Shown: positions 23,378-35,607 of the stretch, in pieces
How the letters are laid out: every line of letters starts with the position of its first letter
Numbering within the stretch: position 1 is the stretch's first letter
Assembly: GCA_025558095.1 (NCBI GenBank)
Contig: JAIVFI010000029.1
Coordinates: forward strand, 496,001-560,000
DNA: 64,000 nucleotides
Direction of reading: 5' to 3'
From: Hyaloraphidium curvatum SAG 235-1
Taxonomy: Eukaryota; Fungi; Monoblepharomycota
Made by a program: the position numbers and the translations under genes
Notes under the pieces: model-generated
Told to the model about the DNA's origin: nothing
The model's input: the letters and a program-made list of their open reading frames with translations, nothing else
Database searches by the model: none

Positions 23378-25029
23378 ATGGTGCGCCATGGCACGCGGCT
23401 CCTTCCTCGCCGCAGTCTGACGCCGCCGTTGCCGCCCAGCCCGCCGCGCTCACGCCGTACGTCGGCGACACCACCGCGGAGGACTGGCGGAAGCGGCCGG
23501 GATTCCTTTCCGCGGGGGAATCGACGGCGGAGACCGTCCACGTTCTGATGGGGACGTTCCTGCGGGATCGCCATTCGCCGTCGCCGCTGCCCGAACGGGA
23601 TTTGTTCTCGGACGGGCAGTTCGAGTGGGGCCTGGCGGCGCCACTGGAAAAGGTGGGCCGCCCCGCTGGCCCCGCTCCGCATTCCGTGCTCATGTCATAT
23701 GTATTTTCTTGCTCCCAGGTGATCCGTTCCCGAGGCGACCTCCTGTACCTCCTCGAGAACCCGCGGCTCGCGAGGACGACGGCCTTCATCATCGAGCCGT
23801 GGGAGCACGTCGGCGTGAACCGCAAGGTTGGCGACCCCGGTGAGGACGTGCAGGCGAGCAAGAACGCGGCTTTTGTGCTGCAGACCATCGCCGACTGCGA
23901 TTCGGTGCTGTTCCCGCTGTGGAAGACGGGCGTGATCGACCCTGAGCTCGTGGTCCCCCTGTTTTCTGCCGGGCTGGCGGTGATCATCGAGGGCGGCGAC
24001 CCGAGCGTGCAGAAGGCCGAGACCTTCTCCCATCCCAAGTGCCCGCGGGACGACGTGTTTGCGCTCGTGGAGGGGCTGCTCGTCGCCCGGGGGCCGATTT
24101 CCGCGCCGCAGCTGTACATCTGCCTGGGTCACCAGCTCGCGGCCAAGTGCAACCTGAGGCTGGTTCGGCGGGCGGTGAAGGAGATCGAGGCCTGCAAGGA
24201 ACTACTCGGAGAAGCCGGGGCCAAGGCCCTCAAATCGCTCAAGCACGTCGCAGGGCGGATCAAGGAAGTGGGCGAGAAAGCCAAGGTGACCAAGGGAGAC
24301 GGCACAGTGGCAGCGGACGGCTGGATGCACACGGATTTCGCGGTGACCAAGAACGAGGTCGGCGAGGTGGGGAGGAAGACGCTGATCGGCTACGAGACGC
24401 CCGAGCCGGAGGACTGTGGGCTGCCACTCGAGGTGCTCGAGGCCCACCGCAGAGTTGCCGACAGGTGAAGGACCGACATTGCCAGGTCTGGATAGCCTGG
24501 CGGGCTGACGGAGCTCCACCACAGGCACGAGGGCGTGATCGACACGGCGGTGCAGTACGAAAAGAACGTCGAGATCGCAATGTTTCACAACGACGAGGTC
24601 AACCAGGTGCGATGGCCGAATAGCGCGCCCTCGGTCTCGTACTCATCAGTGTTCTTTGGCGAGCAGGAAGCCATTCTCTTTGTCAACTGGGCCTTCAACC
24701 TCCTCCACGACGCCTGCACCAACCACCGCTCCATCCTCGCCGGTTCTGCCCTCTCGTGGCTGCTGGGCCTCCCGATGGGCATCGAAATCCTGTGCTCCAC
24801 ATCGGATGAGCAGGGAAACGCCGTTACAGAAGTCTCGGCGACCTGCATCTACTACGAGGACCACGAGACCAAGCGCGTGAGAAGGTCGTTCTCGTGCCAA
24901 TTCCATCCCGAGCTGATGGAGGATTTGAGGGAGATGGGAAGGAGGGGACCAGTCAGCTACGCGGAGCTGAAGGACGACGACGGGATCAGGCTCTTTACCC
25001 GGCTCCTCTACGCGGGCATGCAAGACTAG
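23378..25029 (+). CDS. Class I glutamine amidotransferase-fold protein, copy 2 (tandem paralog)
   Basis: Same motifs and the same three intron positions as copy 1. Identical C-terminus 'RLFTRLLYAGMQD*'. Confidence 0.7.
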
Positions 25030-25335
25030 ATCCGCTGGTAAGGCCAGCCATCGTTGGACCGACGGAATGGAATCTCGGATTTGACTTTTGAAGACATTAT
25101 GAAAAGCAGGGTAGACTTGTCCAGTAGACGAAGAATGCGGGATCGAGCGGGTTGCTCAATCCGAGGTCGCCAGCGACGCGAATCTGTGGCCACCGTGGCG
25201 CTCTCCGTCCTCTTCCACGTCCTCCTCCCCGCCGGGGCCGCGCTCCTCCTCTTCCGCCTGCTGCCGCTGCTTCGGCCCGGCTCCCTTCCCTTGTCCTTTG
25301 CGCTGTTGGAGCGCGTCAAGGTCTCGGGCGCGGGC

Positions 25336-27960
25336 ATGGAGGCCGTGGAGCGGCCGGACCCGAACTCGGCGTCGGACACGGACGCGTTCGTCGTCATAGA
25401 ATCGCACTACGATTGGCTCGTGGATTTCGACAGGGTGGGCAGCTTCCGCTGCCGGGGGAAGGGGAAGGGTGCTGACCCGATCCCGCGCCGGCGCCTGCCC
25501 GCCGCGATTCCACGGTTGCGACGCGTTCCGCCAGCGCATCGTCTCCGGATATGTCGAACACACCGTCAACGTTCGTGCGGACGCGTCGGAGCTCATCCTC
25601 GATACCGCCGGGCTCGTGGTGCACGGGGCCTCCATCCTGTCTGGGAGGGAGGGGTTCCTGCCGATCCCCGTGAGATTTCTTCCTTCTTTGCACCCTTTTG
25701 AAGCCATTCCTGACGACCTGCACCGCGATGGCCCCTCAGTTTGAGCTCCTCCCGCCGGATCCGCCTTACGGACGCGCACTAAAGCTATCGGTCACGGTAC
25801 CGCCAAAGTCTTTGATCAAGGTGCGGGTGGACTATGAGACGACGGCGGAGGGAACGGCGCTCCAGTGGCTCAGCAACGAGCAGGTGTGTCCCCTGTGCTG
25901 GAGGCGGTGAACGGGGCTCACGCTTCGTACAGACTGTCGGGAAGAAGCACCCTTACCTCTTCACCCAATGCGAGGCCATCCACATGCGCTCCCTCGCGCC
26001 CGTGCAGGACACGCCGCTCGTCAAGTCGGCCTACACCGCGACGGTCCGGGTCCCGGCGGGGTGGGCTCTCTCGGAACGTCCCTCGCGGATCCCTCTGATG
26101 CTGTTCCAGGATGACGGCGCTCATGTCGGCCGTCCAGGACGGCGAGCCCACCAAGGAGACGAAGGACGGCAGGGAGCTTAGCGTGTGGAAGTGGAAGCAG
26201 AAGGTCGCCATCCCCGCCTACCTCGTCGCCCTGGCCGTCGGCAACCTCGCCTCAGTGGACGTGTCGCCGCGCTCGCGGGTGTGGAGCGAACCCGAGGTCG
26301 TCAAGGCGGCGGCGTGGGAGTTCGAGGAAACGGAGAAGTTCCTGGCGGCGGGAGAGGAGCTGGTGGGGGAGTATGTGTGGGGGAGGTACGATTTGCTGGT
26401 GCTGCCGGGGAGCTTCCCATGTGGGTGATCTGGGCGTCGGAGCGACGGGTGGCGGTATCTGATTCTTTCCCCTCTCTTCTTGTTGCTCCCTGTTCGCCCC
26501 ACCAGATGGCGGAATGGAGGTGGGTTCTTCCGTCTCGCCTGATACCGGCCCTAACTTCGCCGCTGCAGAACCCCTGCCTCACATTTGTGACTCCCACTTT
26601 GCTGGTGAGCTAGCTCGAGAGGCCTTCCTAGGCGGAGGTTGAGTGCTTTGCAGGCCGGCGACCGTTCCCAGGTCGACGTCGTCGCCCACGAAGGCGCCCA
26701 CAGCTGGACCGGCAACCTCGTGACCAACGCCGGGTGGGGCCACTTCTGGCTCAACGAGGGGTTCACCGTCTTCCTTGAGCGCAAGATCGTCGGCCGCGTG
26801 TACGGTGCCGCGGAGCAGCAGCTTTCTGCGCTGCTGGGCCTGGAGGCGCTCAAGGCGGACGTGGACAACATGGGGGAGACGAACGAGATGACCAAGCTGG
26901 TCAAGGATCTGAGGGGGAAGGATCCCGACGATGCGTTTAGCAGGTTCGGCCTCGTTCGACGTCGGAGGTGTTTCCTTGCACTCACGTGCTTTCTCAGCGT
27001 TCCCTACGAGAAGGGCTTCAACTTCCTCTACTTTCTCGAGCAGCTCCTCGGCGGCCCCGAAGTCTTCGAGCCCTATCTCAAGCATTACATCGCGCGCTTC
27101 GCCTACAAGTCGCTGACCACGGACGAGTGGAAGGCGGACCTCTTCGCCTACTTTGCCGACCCCAAGAACCCCGGTGCGGGGCCCGCGGCGACGGAGAAGC
27201 TGGAAAACGGGGTGGAGTGGGACGCGTGGTTCTTTGGCCTCGGCATGGTGGGCATCGCCGTGCCGGTGGGTGGCATATGCTGACGAGGAATAGCCCCCGG
27301 TGAAGAACAAGTTCGACGACACGCTGGCCAAGGAGGCCGACGCGCTGGCAGCGCGGTGGAAGGAGGCGATGGCGTCGGCACCGGCCGACACCGCCGCGGC
27401 GCCGGCCTACTACGCGGGGCTGTTCAAGCCGGACGACATCGCCGACTTCAACTCGGCGCAGCGGAGTTGGTACCGCTTTCGTCGCGGTCGGCAGGAGCTG
27501 ACGTTGCGCACAGTGCGGTGGCTGGATCAAATCGGCGACGCGGCGCCGCTGCCCGTTGTGGCGCTCGACTCGCTGGATGCGATCTACGGGATGGGAAGGA
27601 TCAAGAACTCGGAGGTCAGGTTCCGGTGGGAGAATGCGTGCCTCAAGTGGGTGCATCGCACGGCGCTCCGGGCTGGCACTGACCCTGCTGTTTGCGCAGG
27701 TCCTCGTACGAACCCGTGCTCCCCTCGGTGCGCGACTTTCTGGGCCTCCAAGGGCGGATGAAATACGTGGGTGCCCCACTGCATTCCAGCGCGGGCCCCC
27801 AGCTCACGATGGCCTGGCTCAGATCCGGCCGCTCTTCCGGGCGCTGAACCGGTACCGCCCCGAGACGGCGCGGGCGTGGTTCGCGGAGCTGCGGGAGACG
27901 TACCACCCGATCGCGGCGTCGCTGGTGGCCAAGGACCTGGGGTTGGCCGGCAAATCGTGA
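25336..27960 (+). CDS. LTA4H: Leukotriene A4 hydrolase / M1 family zinc aminopeptidase, many exons
   Basis: 'DPNS', '[12 protein letters not shown]', 'QDTP', spliced 'FPYGGMENP', '[17 protein letters not shown]...WLNEGFT', 'VPYEKGF', 'GRMKY', 'YHPIA...VAKDLG'. Confidence 0.93.
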
Positions 27961-30328
27961 AGGGACAATGGTCCATGTTTCATCTACATGCCAAATACAG
28001 CCCCTCTCCTCGACTTGTCATGTCACAACTTCTCCTGCGCCTTGCTGGCGAGGTTCTTCCCCCTCTTCAACACCTGCATCAGTCCGACCTGTCTGCTGGT
28101 GAACAGGGGCACCCCGCCTTCGGGGCTCCAGCACCTGTACTCGAACGTGCAGAACGGCCCGTTGCCGACGTAAGCGCAGCCCCCGCGGACCCAGCGCTCG
28201 TCGGGGTCTCGGGGGAGGGAGAGGAAGGTGTGGGAGAGAGAGACCGTAGGGACTAGATGCCGTCGTCAGCGGCGGAAGGAGGTCGGGCAACGCAAGTCAC
28301 CAACAGAAGTGGATCTCCTCCGCGGTCTCCCGGTTGGGAAACAGATCCTCGAAGAGCTTCGCGGACGGAAACGGAAAGTCGCCGAGGAAAGCCAGCGTCT
28401 CGAACGACAACACTGCAACCTCCTGGGCGCTTGGACCTACTCAGCTTCGCAGGGCCGGGAGCTCCCAGCAGCTGGGCACAGATCAACGCCGATTAGCCGC
28501 GGATTCGTAGGCCGGCCGTTGCGCTGGCTCCAAACAAGCGACCTGCCGCAGCAGACCTGAATGCAAAGACTTCTAGTCCTCTCTTGTGGCCCCTTTTGTT
28601 ACTCCGTGGTTACACCCACCGTGCTGGTGGCAAATCGGAGATCGCGTCTTCCCGTTGACGCCATGCTCCGCCAACTCTCCCCCCTCTTTCATCCTTCACC
28701 CCATTCGCCTTGCCATGACCCACGACGCGAACAAGAATACGGCCCCCGCCTCCGCACCCCATCCCGCCCGGGCTCCGCCGCCCCGGTTCATCGCCGCGCC
28801 GCGGGAAAGCGTGCCGTTCTGGCTCCGCGACCCCGGCGCGGGTCGGATCTGCCCGGAGCCACAAACCCAACGGACGCCTGCGAACGGGACTGCAGCGAGC
28901 GCTCGGCGGAAATTCGAGTGGAGGCCGGAGCACCTGGGAGGGTGGTGGATGTGACGGGCCGCCGTGCCCGGGGGGTGTGGACAACGCCAGCCGAAGCCGG
29001 ACTTTCGGCTCGGCACCGAACGGATGCGGTCTGCCGGCCGTGTCGACCGGCATGGTGTTGCGCGTTGCCCGACGAGCGGTTGTGCTTCGGAGGTGGTTAC
29101 TTCGGGCCGCGAGCGGCCTGGGCAGCGCGTTGCGGATCCATCCGGGCGCAGTCACCCATGGGCATCAGTGCCAGCCATTCGGCGAAGAGTCATTGGAGGG
29201 CTTTGGTGGCCCTTGGCGTCGGCGATGGAGGCATGGCTGGTCGAAGGAGACGAAGGTGGAGTGAGGCGGCGACGAGTGCCCCGGATGGGGTTGCTGTACG
29301 GCGGTGAGGTGCACGTCCCTGCGTCTGGCATTGGCCTGGCCCGATTCTGCTCGATCGGCTCCTCGGCCGCCTATCTGCCGTTGAGTCCCAGAGCTTTCAG
29401 CCCGTGGTTGGATTCGTCAACGAACAGCATACCCTCCGGGTGGCCAGACGGAATCGCAGCCCGCAGGACCCGCAAGAGGAAGCGACTGTCGTTACAGGAC
29501 GTCGGGAGGCGGACGGAAGTAGGGGAAGCATGCGCCCCCTGCTTCGGAGGCGGATCGGCTTTCGGGCCGGGCCGGCACTGCCGAAGAAAATCGGGATGAG
29601 CTCCCGATGAAAATCGTACATCGGAGCATTGTCTTCTTCTTCCCGCTCTGTACGCGCCGCTGCATCGAGCCGGTCCCGATAACTAGCTGCCGCTGCCGTA
29701 GCATCGGCGGGCGGCTCGGGCGCCTCGGGTGTCCTTGCGTGCCCACCTTTTGCCTCCGTACCGCACGCGGTTGCTGCGCCCGACGGATCTGTAAGAGAAC
29801 CGCCACATTCGGGGTCGGAAACGGCGCCACGATGTCCTGCATGGCGGCGGACGAGGGGGTCCGACTGCGGGGATCGCGGGGCCGTTGTCCAGCTCCTTGC
29901 AATTCCGTCAAGAACGCGCTCGGCACGCAGAGCATCCGTTGCGGCCGATCATGTGATTCCACTTGCACCTGCCGGCGGGATTGTTTGGTGGCGGAATCTG
30001 CCGGAGACGGAGTGCACGGCGAGCTTGCCGGGTTTGGCAAAGGGCCTCGGGGGAATCGCCGCGAGGGATCACGCGCGGCAATGCGCGCCGGGGGAACCAT
30101 GCCTCGCAATGTGTCGTGCAGGGGGTGATGAGCAGCGCACGGGCATCAAAAAGCCGCTGCATGCATGGCCCGTCTGTCGCGGAGGCGGAAGAGAACTAAA
30201 CATGGGAGGCTGACGTCAGCATGCATCGTCGTTTGGATCCCAAGGGGATCCGCCCGACGACGACGGCATCAGCGCTGCCCTGAGCCCCCACGGCGTCCCG
30301 CGCCCTCCGCCTCGGCCGGACGACGCGC

Positions 30329-30942
30329 ATGCCGGCGCCGCCAGCCGCCCCGCGGGCCGGGGCGCGCGATGCGGCGGCCGCGGACGGCCGGCAGCCCGAC
30401 GGCCACCCGCCCGCCGCGACGACCACCGTCGACGCCGCGTCGGGCATCGCGCGCACGTCGCACACGCTGAAGCAGACCGCCGAGGGAGCGGGCGGCACGC
30501 GGGGGGACTCGCCCCGCTCGCCGCCCCGCCCGCCGCCCTCGCCCGGCAGGAACGCCCTCCTCGGTGGGTCCCGCACGCACATCCCTCCCCAACCCCGAAC
30601 CCCCTAACCTGCCTAACCCTGCCAGTCGCCCGCCTGCTCAACCTCAGCGAGGACCTCGCCAACCCGGCCAACCCGCACATCCCGCCCACCCGCCGCACCT
30701 CGCGCTCCTTCCCCGTCGGCGTGGACTTCCCGCTCTCGTCGCCGTGCGAGGCGCGCAGGGCGCGCGAGGCAGATACAGGGGCGCCGCCGGCGGCGACCCC
30801 GGGGACAAAGAGGGGGAGGTGGTTGAGGGACAAGACCCCCGACGGGGGACCGGCCGGGCAGGATGGGGATGGGAAGCCGCCCCCGCAGGGCGATGGGATG
30901 GAGCCGGCGATGCCAGCGGGGGAGATCATGCTGGGGGCGTGA
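30329..30942 (+). CDS. Possible small low-complexity protein (2 exons)
   Basis: ORFs 30329..30607 and the frame of 30721..30942 can be joined by a GT..AG intron (~30563-30647). No recognisable domain. Confidence 0.25.
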
Positions 30943-31200
30943 GGGGTTTCGGATGCGTGATGGGGATGGGTTGCCGGATGCGCGGGGAAAGGTGCTGGCA
31001 CCTTGTCCTGGGGATCGGCTCGGACCGTGGGGACCTTTGTGTCGGCTGTTTCGGGATTCCGCGGGGCGGAATGGGGTGCATTGAATACCACGCGCGGGAT
31101 GCCGCACGCGGCACCCGCGTCTTGCTTGCCCTCCTCACGCCCATCCCCCCCCCCCCGCCGCCCGTCCGACCTTCCCCCGCCCCCCTCCCCCCGTGTTCGA

Positions 31201-32842
31201 TCACGCAAAGTTCTCCCACTGCTTCGACTCGAGCTCCATCGACCACTCGTCCTCGTACGTCAGCACGATGCTCGCCGCCTCGTACATCAAGCCTGCAAAG
31301 CTCTCGGCGGTGATGCCTCCTTGCTCTTTTTCGCGGCCCTGCCGTGGAACACGAGCTCCTCCAGCTTGGGCGCCTCGAAACCGTCGAAAAAGTGCGGGAG
31401 GTTCCGCGACATGACGTCGTAGTCCCCGCGGTTGGTCTGCGACCACGAGGTGGGCAGGTGGTGCATCTCGAGCCTCCTCAGGGCGGGGAAGCTTCCGTAG
31501 AGCGCGACCCCTACGCTGCAGTGCACCACGAGCTCCTCGAGCGCGTGTCCCGCGAGCACGCCCAGGGGCGCGAAGAAGGCGAACGCCCTGTCCCTCGTCA
31601 AGCGGCCGTGCTCTTCCGTCCGCACCGTGAACTTCCTGAGGCGTGCGAGCTCCCCCGCAGCTCTCTTGCCCGCCAGCCTCGCGGCCTCGCCCGCCGGCAG
31701 CTCGGGCACCTGGAGCGAAAGCGGCTCCGCGCGCCCCCCGATCGGCCGGAGCACCGTCCGCGCCCCGCCGCCTCCGGCCCACGCCGGGGGTGCTGGAAGC
31801 ACCCCACCTCGAGCGACTCCAGGACGACGAAGCTCTCGAGCACCGCCGCGATGTCCTGCGCGGAAACGTGGGTGCCGAGGGACAGCCGCCGCACGAGCGG
31901 TGGTAGCCCGCCGCCGGCTTGCCCGGCAGGAACTCGGCGCGCGCCCCGGCACCCGCGATCCGGAAATCGACCGACAGGAGCTCGATCCCCCCGTGGGCGG
32001 CCAGGAACGCGCAGAAATAGCCGGTGATGGGGTGCGAGTTGCCGCGGAGGTTCCAGTCGAGCACCCTGAGCGCGCGCATGTGGTTGAACCGAAGCTTGGG
32101 CCACCCGAACGTGGGGGAGAAGAAGCTCGCGCCGACGAGGTTGAGCTCGCGGAGTTCCGAGAGGGAGGTGGGGAGGGGGAGGAAGATGGAGCGGCCGATG
32201 TAGCTGCGGTTGACCGAGAGGCGGCTGCAGGGGACGGGGGTTAGGAGGGGAGCGGGGAGCCTCGAGGGCCGCCAGCGTACCGAATCGACCGCTTGGGCGC
32301 CCACTTGATAACTGCTCCACCGTGCAGTTCGGCTTGATCCACGCGAATCGGTCGGTCCCCCTTTTGGCTTGATCTACGCGAACCGGTCGGTTTCCCCCTT
32401 TTTCAGCCCGGCCTTGAGGAACGCCGCGTCCGCCAGCGCCCCGCCCTCCTTGACGAACCCGCGGAAGTACCTGCACGTGCGCAGCGCGAGGATGCGGTCG
32501 CGAGGGGGGGGGGGGGGGGGGGGGGGTACCCGAAGATGGCGGAGCCTGGTCGGCGGGGTGAGAGGGGGAGGGACGGCCGCCCCGGCCCGCGCACGCGCAC
32601 CTCGTCGGGCAGCGACCCGATGCCCCTCTTGCGGACGGCCGACAGCGCGTGCTCCGCGTCCTCCGCGTGATGGGCTTGCCGTCCGCGCACGAGGCGAGGA
32701 CGAGGTCGGCGAGGGCCGCGGGAGGGAGCTGCGCGACGAGGGCAGCGAGGGGGTCCGCCGGGGGCGCGGCGGGCGGCGGGGGGGCGGGTGGAGCGGGGGA
32801 TGACGGTTTTGCAGAGGGCTTTTTCTTCGCGCCGCGGGCCAT
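31201..32842 (-). pseudogene. F-box/LRR-like protein paralog A, disrupted
   Basis: 'IGSLPDEV...RDRILALRTCR' F-box-like segment. Family motif 'GETDRFAWI'. Internal ~35-nt tandem duplication with an in-frame TAG (~32330-32400) and several frame changes. Confidence 0.6.
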
Positions 32843-33206
32843 TTCGATTTCGACGGGGGAGCGTACACAGAGCGGGTCGGAGGGGTGGGGGAGTTGTTTG
32901 AAGTCTCGGCGAAGCAAGGCGCCATGCACCATCCCAACTGCCGGTTTTCAGGCACGTTCGTCGTGAACCCTGATGCTCGCGGATGGCGTCATCGTAGATC
33001 GGCGATGGCCGCCTCCCGGGCGCCCAGGTGGGACTTGACTGCAGGTACGACGAACCTACGAGTGGTCCGGCGTCAATACGGTAACATCGACTCCTTTTCG
33101 CTCTACAAAGATTCCAGAATTATGATTTTCTCCGCTTCCCCGCCGGAAGCACGTATAGATATCTTGCGACGGCATGACACAGACGACGCTCCCCACGCCC
33201 CTTCGT

Positions 33207-35001
33207 TCAGCGGCAGACCTCCTGGTAGGGAGCGCCGCTGTTGAAAACGTTAGCGGCGCGAGCGCACCAGCTGCCCGATCCGCCGGCCTGGTTCTGGGGG
33301 CATTTGACACCCTGACCGGCGACAGGAGCCTTCCCCGGCGGCTTGATGACGGTGCAGGCTGCGCGAGGATGGATTAGCTCCACCGCACGCGTGCGGAGAG
33401 TGAGTACTTACCGGAATCATAGTACCAGCTGCAAGTGTTGGGGTCGGGACCGCAGCAAGCCACGCCGCCGGTGTCGGTCCTCTTCCCCCAGAAGAAGTCG
33501 CCGCCCGCGTCGGCGCACGAGTTGATGCACAGCCAGCACTCAGACGGCGTCACGGCGCCGCAGTTCTCCTCGGGCAGGGCACCGTCGATGACCTGGTAAG
33601 TGGCCTCGGCGCACCACGACCCGGGGGCGTTCTGCTCCGGGCGCGGGGGGCAGGTGACGCCCTGGCCCGAGACCGGGGGGCGGCCGGGGGGTACGATGAT
33701 GTCGCAGTTGGGGTCGGCGTACTGGCGGTGCGGGCAATGGGCAGATCAGCCACCGCCCCACTTTCGTACGTTGACATGGCTTACCCAGGTGCAGGTCCCC
33801 GAGTCGGGCCCGTCGCACTTGATGACCCTCTCGCGCCAGTCCAGCACCACGACCGAGATGTAGTTCCCGTTGTTGGAGCAGCTCCTGGCGCAGGTCCTCG
33901 TCGTCGGCGGGGGCGGCGGCGGCGGCACGCCGCACTTGGACGGGACGTTGAGGAACTGGTTCTCGAAGACCTCGCGACACCAGCCGGTCCACTTGAGCGG
34001 GTCAGAGCCCTGGAAGTTCTGGCAGTTGACGCCGTTGTCGAAGGTTGGGGGGAGGCCGGGGGGCTTGATGTAGTTGCAGCTGGCGGGACGGCCATCAGCA
34101 AAATTCGAGGACCAAACTGGCAAATCCAACTCACTTGGGGTCCGAGTACCTGTAGGCAATTTCAATGGGTCATGATGCAGTGCCGGAAGTGGGATCAGAC
34201 GAGTAGTAGAGATCAGGATGATCATTGATCAGCGTGATCACGGGCAAGGCGGGCGAAACAGCAGTCAGAAGAGCGTGCACAAGGCCGAAAGCGATCATGC
34301 AGCCACGCACCAGGTGCAGGTGCCGAGCTCGGCGCCCTGGCAGATGACGTTCGGACCGAACGAGGTCTGCTGCGTCCTGACGCCGATGTACGAGCAGCCG
34401 TCACTCGAGGAAGCCACACACTTGCTGCCCCTGGCGAACAGCCCGGGGCATCTTATCACGGACGGGTGAGCCGCGATCCCAATGAGCCCATTTTCGCGGG
34501 GACCCACGTCGCGTCGTTCTCGAGCCTGGCGTTGTTGAGCACGCCCTTGTCGGGGCCCTCCCAGACCCAGCGCGAGTCGTACTTGATGTTGTCGAACGGG
34601 CAGGGGCCGGGGCAGAGCAGGTCCTCAGTGTAGTCGATGCCGGCGCGGGGGACCACGACTGCGGAGCGGAGGTGGCGTCGATCAGCGAGGGTCCGGAGGT
34701 TCGGCCGGCGATGGCGGCCACCGACCTCGGGCGCGGTTGAGGCAGTTCTTCGTTCCATCTCCCATCTGATGTTGTCCGCGGCGTGCGGCATTGCGGCGGT
34801 GATGAGGGGAGCGGAGAACGGGTGGAGCGGCGGAGGATCAGACCGGGAACGGGGGGCGAGGCGGCCAGCCGGACAGGGACAGACCTGGTACTCCTCGATT
34901 CTGATGAGGTTGTAGCCCCACCCGTTGTTGTCGCCCTGGGCGAGCACGGCCGGGACGCCGGCAAGGGCGGCTGCGGCCGCAGCGAGGGCGGCGAGCTTCA
35001 T
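33207..35001 (-). CDS. Secreted Cys-rich protein with three tandem ~80-aa repeats, multi-exon
   Basis: Signal peptide MKLAALAAAAAALAGVPAVLA. Repeats of 'C.G....CTW...C..I.PPG.PP....GV.C........WC'. Confidence 0.65.
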
Positions 35002-35607
35002 GGTGGCGGAAACGCTGCGGCGGCCGGCGCGAGCGCGCCAGATGGCTCCGGAGAGCGCTCCGGCCACACGTCGCGAAGCTGACTCGTACATTTGAGGTCG
35101 ATGGCGGTCGTGCGGGAGACGAAAGTGTGTCCTCGAAGAGGTCGTGCGTCCCTCAAAGGGAAGCGGTCCCTGAGCGCGATAGCCGATGGCTGGAAGCCGT
35201 CGAAGAAACCCCAAATTGGGTTTAAGCCGCGAATGGGGCCTCGACGCACATCGAACCAGCGGAGAACTGGGTTTTGTAGGAACAGCGCCGACCTCGTGGC
35301 TGTCGGATGCACATCGAAGCGTGCTTCAGCACGTCCGCCGAAGGCCCCCAAGCTACCACCGACATCAAATGATAGCTCCAAAAAAGAGTCCGAGCACGTG
35401 AATCCATATCACATACGAAGCTCCACGTCATCGAGCTGCTCCATTCTGATGTGCTGTGACGGACATCTCGCCATTCCGGACGCTAGACATGCCTCGACAA
35501 AGCTTTCATTCGCCTCGCCCAAACCCACGAGCGACACTGAATCTGAGGTGTACAATCTGCATGCTGGAGGCTCGTCGTTCTCTGCTGTGCTCCCGCGAAG
35601 CCCGGCC

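Noticed and set aside
28020-28560. Minus-strand coding-like fragments ('ELPALRS*', 'LFEDLFPNRETAEEIHF', 'VLKRGKNLASKAQEKL*')
   Set aside because: Internal stops and no coherent model. Possibly an LRR-gene relic, but this cannot be supported.
29607-30128. Cys-rich 173-aa ORF
   Set aside because: No signal peptide, regular Cys spacing or codon bias. Likely spurious in a non-coding stretch.
30585-30625. CCCTAA-like hexamers (telomere-like)
   Set aside because: Only two imperfect copies, lying inside a probable intron where CTAAC is the branch-point motif.
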